Shown in pieces: positions 21,085-29,575 of a stretch of DNA of 62,227 nt (position 1 is the stretch's first letter; every line of letters starts with the position of its first letter). The stretch is from Mollicutes bacterium. Its GTDB lineage: Bacteria > Bacillota_I > Bacilli_A > RF39 > UBA660. The stretch is from NCBI GenBank assembly GCA_012520055.1, contig JAAYPA010000020.1:1-62227 (forward strand), written 5' to 3'. The notes below the pieces were generated by a model. It had not been told where the DNA came from and did not search any database. It saw nothing but the letters and a program-made list of their open reading frames with translations. Made by a program: the position numbers and the translations under genes.

Positions 21085-21681
21085 TTAATTCAATTGACAA
21101 TATAAATAATTATTATATGAAACATTAAAAATCTTATAAATAAGTGGTGTAATAAGTATGCTTTGATGTATTAAGGCCAAAGCAATAATAGTTGTTATAT
21201 CGCTGTCAATTAATAAAATTAGGAGGCTGTATATAAGCACAAAAAACATGGTATATAATTTTAATTTTGTACGATATTTTTCACTGGTAATCGGTCTTTT
21301 TGGTGTATCTGCCGGACTATAAATTACATATATTATGAGAGAAAATATAACTGCAAATATCTTTATAATAAAATTTAAAGAAATTACTGTTGATAAATAC
21401 GGTAATCCGATAAAAGCAATACTAGATAGTATCCAGCAAGTAAGACTGTTTTTAGCATGAAAACCAAAACTAAAACTTCTTAAAGGGACATAAAAGATGA
21501 AAAATAATAAGCTTTCCCAAAAGATGTCTAAGATGGTATTGATAGTGAAAAAAACGAGAAATCTACTAACATTTAGATAAATGGCTTCTAATCCATATCT
21601 TATTTCTGAAAGTTTAATATCATCATATTTATTTAAATTTTTAATCTTGTTCATAATGGAATCGACTACTATTCTTTTCAC
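21085..21681 (-). CDS. agrB: AgrB-type membrane cysteine peptidase (AIP processing)
   Basis: 'RSFSFGFHAKNSLTCWILS' matches the AgrB catalytic H...C region, and it has 4-6 TM helices. The start is uncertain (GTG 21681 preferred; alternatives are TTG 21696 and ATG 21654). Confidence 0.8.
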   Translation of the reverse strand: MKRIVVDSIMNKIKNLNKYDDIKLSEIRYGLEAIYLNVSRFLVFFTINTILDIFWESLLFFIFYVPLRSFSFGFHAKNSLTCWILSSIAFIGLPYLSTVISLNFIIKIFAVIFSLIIYVIYSPADTPKRPITSEKYRTKLKLYTMFFVLIYSLLILLIDSDITTIIALALIHQSILITPLIYKIFNVSYNNYLYCQLN

Positions 21682-21970
21682 TTTATCACCCGGCAATAAA
21701 AGAGTATCACAAAATATATTTATTGATAATTTTTATGTTTGAAATGTCGTATTTTGTAGATAAAACAATATCATTCTCACTATATAATTACAAACAATTC
21801 ATTTAATGCATCTTCTAAAGCTTTTAGACCGATTTCGACACAAATTTTAAAATTTTGTTGTTATACTGGCAATGTCACTTAAAATAAAACCCACTTAGTT
21901 TGCTTAAAGAACTGTTTTTTGTGATGTCTTGAGGCTGTACAAAATTTAGTTAGAAGGGAAGGTGTTATGC

Positions 21971-22186
21971 ATGAGAGGTAAAGTGAAGTGGTTCAACAAC
22001 GAAAAAGGATATGGGTTTATTGAGTACGAGGATTTGGAAGATATTTTTGTACATTACTCGGCTATTAACAAAGAAGGTTACAAAACTCTTAAAGAAGGCG
22101 ATATCGTTGATTTTAATTTAATTGAAACTGTCAAAGGCTTACAAGCAGTTGATGTAACCGAAGTAAAAATGACTACAATTCTGTAG
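21971..22186 (+). CDS. csp: Cold-shock protein (CspA family)
   Basis: '[16 protein letters not shown]', 'DIFVHYSAI'. A long 5' untranslated region lies upstream. Confidence 0.92.
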   Translation: MRGKVKWFNNEKGYGFIEYEDLEDIFVHYSAINKEGYKTLKEGDIVDFNLIETVKGLQAVDVTEVKMTTIL

Positions 22187-22234
22187 TTTTTTTCTTCCTC
22201 CTATGCTATAATTTAGATAGGAGATGATGGAAAA

Positions 22235-22771
22235 ATGAAATTAAAAATTTTATCTGAAAAAATAAAAATTACCCCGGCTATTAAGGACTACATCGAGGAA
22301 AAAATCTGTAAATTAGATAAATATTTTGATTCTCCGGATAATGTTGAAGCCAAAGTAATGGTAAGAATCAAAAACAATAATCAAATAATTGAAGTAACCG
22401 TACCTACTAAACTCTTTACTTTAAGATCTGAAGAAAGTCATTCAGATTTATATGCGGCTATTGATTTGGTTATCGATAAATTAGAAGGACAGTTTAGAAA
22501 ACATAAAACCAGATTAAATGATAGATACAAAAAAGGTGCTAAAGAAAAAGATTTCATCTTTGATTTTGAAAATGAAGATGCAGAAGAAAATAAAAGTAAG
22601 ATAGTTAAACGTAAAACCATTGATTCCAAACCAATGGACGAAGAAGAAGCTATTTTACAAATGGAATTATTAGGTCATGACTTCTTTATCTTTAAGAATG
22701 TTGACGAAGATTGTTTCTCAGTTATCTATAAAAGAAAAGATGGAGAGTACGGAATAATTAATACCTTATAA
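22235..22771 (+). CDS. hpf: Ribosome hibernation promoting factor (long HPF)
   Basis: An S30AE N-domain plus the C-terminal dimerisation domain 'KPM..EEAILQMELLGHDFFIFKN'. Confidence 0.92.
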   Translation: MKLKILSEKIKITPAIKDYIEEKICKLDKYFDSPDNVEAKVMVRIKNNNQIIEVTVPTKLFTLRSEESHSDLYAAIDLVIDKLEGQFRKHKTRLNDRYKKGAKEKDFIFDFENEDAEENKSKIVKRKTIDSKPMDEEEAILQMELLGHDFFIFKNVDEDCFSVIYKRKDGEYGIINTL

Positions 22772-22847
22772 AAGGATTTATTAATCCTTTTTTTGATGAT
22801 ATATTAAGAATAGATATGATATAATAAATTTTAGCGAGGTGAGCATC

Positions 22848-25340
22848 ATGAGTTTTTTAAGAAAACTTGTTGATACTGAATATAAAGAATTAAGAAGATT
22901 TGAAAAATTAGCTGATCAAATAGAAGCTTTAGATGAAGAATACTCTAAAATGAGTGATGAAGAATTAGCAGGTAAGACAGCTATCTTTAAAGAAAGATTG
23001 GCTAAAGGAGAAACTTTAGATGATATTTTAGTGGAGGCTTTTGCTACAGCAAGAGAGGTAGCTTATCGTCAAATTGGTGAAAAACCATATCGAGTTCAAT
23101 TAATTGGTGGTATGGCTATTCACTATGGTAATATTGCCGAAATGAAAACCGGTGAAGGTAAAACAATCACGACAGTATTACCGGCTTACTTAAATGCTTT
23201 AACTGGTAAAGGAGTACATGTAGTTACCGTAAATGAATACTTAACTGCTCGTAATGCCGAATGGATGGGACCTATCTATAATTTTTTGGGTGTAACCGTA
23301 GGTGTTAACTTAAGAGAACTTACTCCAGAACAAAAAAGAGAAGCTTATAACTGTGATATAACTTATTCTACCAATAATGAAGTTGGTTTTGATTATTTAA
23401 GAGATAATATGGTAGCCCGTAAAGAAGACAGAGTTCTAAGAGATTTAAACTATGTTATTATTGACGAGGTCGATTCTATATTAATTGATGAAGCAAGGAC
23501 ACCATTAATTATTTCCGGTGGTAAAATGAATTCGGCTAATCTATATATGGATGCCGATAAAGCTGTCAAAAGATTAAAAGCAGATGAAGATTTTAAAATA
23601 GATGAAAAAATAAAATCTGTTATGTTAACTGAACAAGGCAGTCGAAAACTAGAAACTTACTTCAAAGTTGATAATTTATATGATGCTAACAATACCGCTT
23701 TAGTCCATCATATTAACCAAGCATTAAAAGCAAACTATGCTATGAAAAATGATGTTGATTATGTAGTTGAAGATGGAGAGGTTATTATTGTTGACCAATT
23801 TACCGGTCGTCTAATGCATGGTCGACAATTCAGTGAAGGTTTGCATCAAGCTATTGAAGCTAAAGAAAATGTTAAAATTAATGAAGAAACCAGAACAATG
23901 GCTACCATAACATTTCAAAATTTATTCAGAATGTATAGCAAAATATCAGGTATGACTGGTACAGCTAAGACTGAAGAAGAAGAATTTAGAGATATTTATA
24001 ACATGTATGTTATTGAAATACCAACCAATAAACCATGTATTAGACAAGATATGGCTGATTTAATTTTTGCAACCGAAAAGGGTAAATATAATGCCATTGT
24101 TTCATTTATTAAAGAAGTACATGAAACAGGGCAACCAATTCTGGTAGGTACAATATCCGTTGAAAAGAATGAATATCTATCATCACTGTTAACAAAAGCA
24201 AAGCTAAAACACGAAGTCTTAAATGCTAAAAATCATGCTCGTGAAGCAGAGATTATTGCCAATGCCGGTCAAAAATATGCGATTACCATCGCTACTAATA
24301 TGGCTGGACGTGGTACAGATATCAAACTTGGTGAAGGTGTAAAAGAATTAGGCGGTTTATGTGTTATCGGTACAGAAAGACATGAATCACGTCGTATTGA
24401 TAACCAATTAAGGGGTCGTTCAGGACGTCAAGGAGATCCTGGTTATTCTCAATTTTTTGTGTCTTTTGAAGATGAACTAATGCGTAGATTTGGAACAGAT
24501 CGTATTAAAACTATGATACAAAGTATCGGATATGATGAAACTCAACCTATCAGATCTAAAATGTTTACCAAAAGTATTGAAAGTGCTCAAAAGAAAGTTG
24601 AAGGCAATAACTACGATTCTCGTAAAAGTCTTCTTGATTATGATAATATCGTCAGTGAACAAAGAAAAATTATTTATGAAAAAAGAAACAATGTTTTAGA
24701 TATTGAAAATATACAAGAATCTGTTTATTTAACTTTCAATGATTATATTGCTGATTACATTGAATCTAAATTAGGTCAAAGTAATTCATTTACTAAAGAT
24801 GATTATCAAACCATAACTGATTATTTTAATAATAACTTTTTAAAATATCAAAAAATAGAAGTAGCAGATATCCAAAAATTAGATGTTGATAGCTTAATAG
24901 ATTATATTTATGATAAATTTATTGAAAATTTTGAATCTAAATTAAAGGAAGTTCCTCAAGAAATTATCAATGATTTTGAAAGACAAATCAGTTTAAGAGT
25001 TATTGATGAAGCATGGATAACTCACATTAACTCAATGGAACATTTAAGAGAAGGAATCGGACTTCGTGGTTATGGACAAACTAGTCCTCTTCAAGCCTAT
25101 GCTTTAGAAGGTTATGAAATTTTTGATCAAATGTTAGATACTATTGATTCTAATATTACCAACTTCTTAATGAAAGTAGAAATCAGACAAAATATTGCTC
25201 CTGAAAAGAAAACTCCAATATATACAAATGATGGAAAAGAAACAATCAAAAAATCTCCAACAAAAACAATAAAAATCGGGCGTAATGATCCATGTCCATG
25301 TGGCTCAGGAAAGAAATATAAACAGTGTTGTGGTAAGTAA
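22848..25340 (+). CDS. secA: Preprotein translocase ATPase SecA
   Basis: 'MKTGEGKT', the DEAD-like 'IIDEVDSILIDEARTPLIISG', and a C-terminal zinc motif 'CPCGSGKKYKQCCGK'. Confidence 0.97.
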   Translation: MSFLRKLVDTEYKELRRFEKLADQIEALDEEYSKMSDEELAGKTAIFKERLAKGETLDDILVEAFATAREVAYRQIGEKPYRVQLIGGMAIHYGNIAEMKTGEGKTITTVLPAYLNALTGKGVHVVTVNEYLTARNAEWMGPIYNFLGVTVGVNLRELTPEQKREAYNCDITYSTNNEVGFDYLRDNMVARKEDRVLRDLNYVIIDEVDSILIDEARTPLIISGGKMNSANLYMDADKAVKRLKADEDFKIDEKIKSVMLTEQGSRKLETYFKVDNLYDANNTALVHHINQALKANYAMKNDVDYVVEDGEVIIVDQFTGRLMHGRQFSEGLHQAIEAKENVKINEETRTMATITFQNLFRMYSKISGMTGTAKTEEEEFRDIYNMYVIEIPTNKPCIRQDMADLIFATEKGKYNAIVSFIKEVHETGQPILVGTISVEKNEYLSSLLTKAKLKHEVLNAKNHAREAEIIANAGQKYAITIATNMAGRGTDIKLGEGVKELGGLCVIGTERHESRRIDNQLRGRSGRQGDPGYSQFFVSFEDELMRRFGTDRIKTMIQSIGYDETQPIRSKMFTKSIESAQKKVEGNNYDSRKSLLDYDNIVSEQRKIIYEKRNNVLDIENIQESVYLTFNDYIADYIESKLGQSNSFTKDDYQTITDYFNNNFLKYQKIEVADIQKLDVDSLIDYIYDKFIENFESKLKEVPQEIINDFERQISLRVIDEAWITHINSMEHLREGIGLRGYGQTSPLQAYALEGYEIFDQMLDTIDSNITNFLMKVEIRQNIAPEKKTPIYTNDGKETIKKSPTKTIKIGRNDPCPCGSGKKYKQCCGK

Positions 25341-25400
25341 CTCGCAAGCCCAAGTAATATAAGGGAAAACGCGAGTTTTTCTTTTTTGCAAAAAATCGGC

Positions 25401-25424
25401 TAGAACCATGTTTAGAACCATTTT
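25401..25424 (+). repeat. Left copy of an imperfect 24-nt direct repeat (itself a tandem 'agaaccat' doublet)
   Basis: 'tagaaccatgtttagaaccatttt' against 'taaaaccatttttagaaccattaa' at 26717-26740. 20 of 24 bases are identical, with a 12-nt exact core. Confidence 0.5.
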
Positions 25425-25502
25425 GTGTCCATATTATAAAAAAGAAAATTTTATTATGGTATAATATTATATGAAGAAAAAACTTTATTCATGGGAGGTT
25501 TT

Positions 25503-26582
25503 ATGAAAAAAAGAAAAAAAGTAATTATTGTAATTACAGTTATAATACTTGTATTAATGTTATTTGTTGAATTATTTTTAAAAAGAATAATTAGTGCCTC
25601 TGTACATTTTCAATTATTACAACATTACGAAAATAGAACAGATATTTTATCATTTATTAATATAATTGTAACCACATTAATAAGTTTGCTTGTTTATAAT
25701 TTATCTAAAAAAATAGATGAACAAAACAAATTGGATAAAGAAAGAAAAAGATACGAATCAATTTGTGTAGTATACGATTACTTAAATGATATTATTTTAT
25801 ACATAAAGAAGAAAGTTTTTAAAGATAAGGAAGATTATTTTCAACTTGATTTTAATGATGATTTTATGAAGAATGTTTATAATCTTAATAAAGATGTTTT
25901 AACAGAATCTGATATTGAGTATATTAGAAAAATAGATCGCTCATTAAATAATTATTTAAAAAATATTCAAGGTAGTAATAATAATTCAAAACTTTCAATT
26001 AAATGGGTTTATAAAAACATTTTTGATTTAAATATAGAAATAGATAAAATCGAAAAAATGAATAATTTGGTAGATACAGATATTATGATTAATATTCAAC
26101 TCTTAAATGTACTTTGTAAACTTAGAAAAGAACTTGGATACAATTATTGTAAAAATGTTAAATATAGCAAATATACATTAGATATTACCAATTTTAAAAA
26201 TAATATTCAAATTGAAAAAAAATATGAAAAAGAATATTATATGAAAAATGATTCTGGTTATGTTCAAATATATGAACCGGTTTTTTATACTTTCGGTAAT
26301 CCATTCATAAATGGTGGTGTAATATATAAAGGCAGTATTAAAGATTATAAATTAAATGGTTATGGAGAATATTTTTATTATAAAGAAAATAAAAATGAAA
26401 AAATATATGTTAATAGTGATGACCTTGTTGAAGTAAATGCTACTAAAATAAAGAAAATACTTGAAAACGAAAATATTAATTGTAATACTAATTTAAAGTT
26501 TGATGGTTATTTTGAAAATGGTATAATTAACAATGGCACAATTAAATTTACGGATTCAGAACAAAAAGATTTGACTATTTAA
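25503..26582 (+). CDS. Membrane-anchored protein with C-terminal MORN-like repeats; function unknown
   Basis: Two N-terminal TM helices and a long helical middle. 'YKGSIKDYKLNGYGEYFY' and 'FDGYFENGIINNGTIKF' are MORN-like. It has its own extended -10 (tggtataat, 25457-25465) and SD gggagg. Confidence 0.6.
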   Translation: MKKRKKVIIVITVIILVLMLFVELFLKRIISASVHFQLLQHYENRTDILSFINIIVTTLISLLVYNLSKKIDEQNKLDKERKRYESICVVYDYLNDIILYIKKKVFKDKEDYFQLDFNDDFMKNVYNLNKDVLTESDIEYIRKIDRSLNNYLKNIQGSNNNSKLSIKWVYKNIFDLNIEIDKIEKMNNLVDTDIMINIQLLNVLCKLRKELGYNYCKNVKYSKYTLDITNFKNNIQIEKKYEKEYYMKNDSGYVQIYEPVFYTFGNPFINGGVIYKGSIKDYKLNGYGEYFYYKENKNEKIYVNSDDLVEVNATKIKKILENENINCNTNLKFDGYFENGIINNGTIKFTDSEQKDLTI

Positions 26583-26597
26583 AAATAGTCTTTTTTT
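26573..26597 (+). terminator. Intrinsic terminator after the MORN gene
   Basis: Stem gactatt/aatagtc, loop taaa, T-run. Confidence 0.75.
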
Positions 26598-26716
26598 CTT
26601 GTCTAACTCCAGAATAGCTGTGGACAAAAAGTTAGACATTGTAATTTATTAATAGGCACTTATTCAAGCATTTAAAAGGGTTTAAGAAGCTTTCAAAAAT
26701 ATAACACAATTACACC

Positions 26717-26740
26717 TAAAACCATTTTTAGAACCATTAA
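26717..26740 (+). repeat. Right copy of the imperfect direct repeat
   Basis: See 25401-25424. It lies directly next to the 3' end of the integrase relic. Confidence 0.5.
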
Positions 26741-26766
26741 GGCACAAAAAAAGGCATTTCTGCCCA

Positions 26767-27050
26767 TTATTTCGTCTTCAGTTCATTCATTACATCAACA
26801 ACACTATTTAATGCACTATCGAACATATAAGAATAAGTATTAAGAGTTTCATTAATATCAGAGTGACCTAAATATTTTGATACAACACTTATGTTAGCGC
26901 CACTATTAATAAGTAGAGATGCACAACTATGTCTAAAATCATGTAATCATATTTCTTTAACACCAGCTTTTTCTGCTACTACAACTTTTCTTCTTCTAGC
27001 AGTAGAGTAAGGAATAGGTGTAATACCTCTGGTATATTTGTAAGTCTTTC
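26767..27050 (-). pseudogene. 3' relic of a tyrosine recombinase / phage integrase (about 94 codons, in-frame TGA)
   Basis: Minus-strand translation gives '...AGVKEI*LHDFRHSCASLLINSGANISVVSKYLGHSDINETLNTYSYMF...'. This is the R-H-R-Y catalytic C-terminus. The N-terminal two-thirds are missing, there is a stop at 26947-26949, and its own terminator gggcagaaatgcc plus T-run lies at 26745-26766. Confidence 0.75.
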
Positions 27051-27054
27051 GGCT

Positions 27055-27258
27055 CAAGCAAGTGAAGAAAGAGATTATGATAAAACTCCTTTTTGGCGCA
27101 CATTAAAATCGAATGGAGAGTTAAATGAAAAATATCCGGGAGGCATAGAATTACAAAAAAAATTACTAGAAGAAGAAGGCCATAATATAATAACAAAAGG
27201 TAAGAAAAATAATAAATATTATGTTAAAGATTTTGAAACAAAATTATATGATCTTTAA
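27055..27258 (+). pseudogene. 3' relic of an MGMT/Atl-like DNA-binding-domain gene
   Basis: 'TPFWRTLKSNGELNEKYPGGIELQKKLLEEEGHNI' resembles the C-terminal half of MGMT-family proteins. There is no start codon, and upstream it runs into the antisense of the integrase relic. Confidence 0.4.
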
Positions 27259-27286
27259 TAAAATTGAATTATAGGAGATGATAAAC

Positions 27287-27614
27287 TTGATCAAAACATA
27301 TAATAAATTGGTAAGAGATAAAGATACCGGAAATTATTAAAAATAACAATGGTATTCCCAAAACCAAAATTCTTAATGACATTGAATACAAAAAAGAACT
27401 AGAAATTAAACTGACTGAAGAAATAAATGAAGTATTAAATTCAGCGGATGGGGAAAAACGGTTGGAAGAACTTGCTGATGTTTTAGAAGTTGTAAAATCT
27501 CTAGCAGAACTTGAAAAAAACACTTTAGATGATATTATTGATTTAGCAAATAAAAAAAGAGAAAAACGCGGAGGATTTGAACTAAAAATATATTTAGAAG
27601 AAGCAGATGAATAA
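27287..27614 (+). pseudogene. MazG-like nucleoside triphosphate pyrophosphohydrolase, disrupted by a 1-nt insertion
   Basis: 'LIKTYNKLVRDK' then an extra g at 27323. The restored frame reads 'IPEIIKNNNGIPKTKILND...EELADVLEVVKSLAEL...KREKRGGFELKIYLEE'. Confidence 0.6.
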
Positions 27615-27668
27615 TCTACTTTTTAATTGAAATGAATCTTATGATATAATGATTGAGAGGTTGAAATT

Positions 27669-28361
27669 ATGAATGCAAAAAAGGTTAGTAAATTAATTAA
27701 AGAAATCCGAAAAAAACATAATTTAACTCAAAAAGAATTAGCTGATAAATATAATGTAACTTATCAAGCAGTAAGTAAATGGGAAAATGGTAAAAACTTA
27801 CCTGATATGATGTTATTAAAACAAATCAGTAAAGATTTTAATATTAGTTTGGATGACATTCTGGAAGGAAAATATAATACTAATAAGAGATTAAATATAT
27901 CTATAGTCATTATAATGATATTGATAAGCGGATTAATATATTTAATTATTAATATTGATAATGAAGATTTTAAATTTAAAACAATTACTACGGAATGTAA
28001 TAATTTCAAAATTTCCGGGATCATATCTTATAGTAATAAAAAATCTGCCATTTATATTGATACAATAGAATATTGTGGTGGAGATAATTTAGAGATTTAT
28101 CAAAACATTGAATGTAATTTATATGAAACTAATAACAATATTATCAAAAGAATAAGTACTTGTGATTATAAAAATAATCAAAATGTTTCACTTGAAAAAT
28201 TTCTGGAAAACATTAATATTACCATAGACAATTATTATCAAATATGTAAAGAATTTAAAAATAATTTATATTTGGAAATAAATGCTACTGATAAAAATAA
28301 TAAAATAACTACTTACAAAGTACCTTTAACTTTAAAAGAAAATTGCTCAACCAATAGTTGA
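27669..28361 (+). CDS. XRE-family HTH protein with a membrane anchor and an extracytoplasmic domain
   Basis: 'LTQKELADKYNVTYQAVSKWENGKNLPD', one TM ('ISIVIIMILISGLIYLII'), then a Cys-containing C-terminal domain of about 130 aa. Confidence 0.75.
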   Translation: MNAKKVSKLIKEIRKKHNLTQKELADKYNVTYQAVSKWENGKNLPDMMLLKQISKDFNISLDDILEGKYNTNKRLNISIVIIMILISGLIYLIINIDNEDFKFKTITTECNNFKISGIISYSNKKSAIYIDTIEYCGGDNLEIYQNIECNLYETNNNIIKRISTCDYKNNQNVSLEKFLENINITIDNYYQICKEFKNNLYLEINATDKNNKITTYKVPLTLKENCSTNS

Positions 28362-28429
28362 GTTTTTTCAACTTTCACGTTATCGTTTTTTCTAAATTTA
28401 TTAGTTAGAATGCTAGTGAAAGGAGTATT

Positions 28430-29083
28430 ATGAAAAAAATATTATTTTTAATTTTAAGTTTATTATTAGTAGGAGGCTGTACTAACAAAGAAGCTTTTCC
28501 TCTTCCCCAAGTTTCAGAAGGATTAAGAGGGCAGCTAGGAATTGATGCTAATATCAACGAAGCAACCATAGATAATTATTTAAATATAGAAGATGCTTTA
28601 TATTATGATATGAGAATGTTAAAAGATGACGCTGAATATGAAAATATCGGTGGAGATTCTTATTTATCAGGTTTTGTAAATGGCTTTGAAGTATTACCTT
28701 TTCCTTATTTATGTACCATAAGTGGTTTACCTGAAGAAGTTGGAAAATCATATAATGGAGAAACATTATATACTTTGACTTCTGATGGAGAGTATATTCC
28801 TAATTATGAAGAATCATATGAAGTACTGGAATATTTCTTTCCTAAAGATAAAATAATTTTCTTAATGTGTGGTGGCGGCGGTTATGCCGGACTGACCAAG
28901 AATATGTTGATAACTTTAGGCTGGGATGAAACTAAAATATATAATGTAGGTGCATATTGGTCATATGAAGGAAATAATAATGTAAAAGTAAAAACCACCA
29001 GAAATAATAAGATAGTATATGATTTTTGGAAAATACCTTACCATGATATTAACTTTAAAACTTTACATAAATTAGAACAATGA
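28430..29083 (+). CDS. Lipoprotein with a probable rhodanese-like domain
   Basis: Lipobox 'LLLVGGC'. 'IIFLMCGGGGYAGLTKNMLITLGWDETKIYNVGAYWSYEG' resembles a rhodanese active-site loop and C-terminus. Confidence 0.5.
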   Translation: MKKILFLILSLLLVGGCTNKEAFPLPQVSEGLRGQLGIDANINEATIDNYLNIEDALYYDMRMLKDDAEYENIGGDSYLSGFVNGFEVLPFPYLCTISGLPEEVGKSYNGETLYTLTSDGEYIPNYEESYEVLEYFFPKDKIIFLMCGGGGYAGLTKNMLITLGWDETKIYNVGAYWSYEGNNNVKVKTTRNNKIVYDFWKIPYHDINFKTLHKLEQ

Positions 29084-29523
29084 AAAAAATACTGATAATA
29101 ATATTTATAGGTATATGTTTAATAATAATTTTAAATAAACCTAAAACATTTTATCTGGAAAGTAAATATTATGGCTTTGGAGAATTATCAAATATAAATC
29201 AGGTTACTTTAAATAATTTCATTAAAGAAAAAGAATCATTTGTGCTATATATATATGGTAATTGTGTATGTAGTACAAAATTTAACAGTATTATTAAAGA
29301 GTTTGCCGAAAGAAATAATATTGTAATCCATACCTTAGATTCAGAATTAGTAAGTCAAACAGAAATTGATGATATCAAGTATTTTCCAACAATAGTTGTC
29401 TTTAAAAAAGGAAAAATTGTTGATTACTTAAAATCAGATCGTGATGATAATTTGATATATTATGAATCATCTGAAGAATTTTCCAAATGGCTAACTTCTT
29501 ATATTAATATTAATAGAAAATAG
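29080..29523 (+). CDS. Membrane-anchored thioredoxin-fold protein with a CxC motif
   Basis: N-terminal TM. 'FVLYIYGNCVCSTKF' occupies the CxxC position, and 'FPTIVVFKKGKIVD' is the typical cis-Pro region. The start overlaps the preceding stop (ATGA). Confidence 0.55.
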   Translation: MKKILIIIFIGICLIIILNKPKTFYLESKYYGFGELSNINQVTLNNFIKEKESFVLYIYGNCVCSTKFNSIIKEFAERNNIVIHTLDSELVSQTEIDDIKYFPTIVVFKKGKIVDYLKSDRDDNLIYYESSEEFSKWLTSYININRK

Positions 29524-29575
29524 GAGCTTATTTTCTATTTTTTATGTTATAATAAAATTGAGAGGTGCATGAAAA

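Noticed and set aside
21682-21960. LytTR (AgrA-type) direct-repeat boxes upstream of agrB, and a csp operator
   Set aside because: I found only weak repeats ('attgtttgt'/'attgtttta' about 29 nt apart), and the spacing does not fit the 21-22 nt periodicity of LytTR sites. The small palindromes there ('tctaaagcttttaga', 'caaattttaaaattttg') are AT-rich and could be chance.
26996-27523. Track ORFs 26996..27196(-) and 27269..27523(-)
   Set aside because: They are antisense or alternate-frame artefacts over the MGMT-like relic and the MazG-like pseudogene, whose sense-strand translations show clear family motifs.
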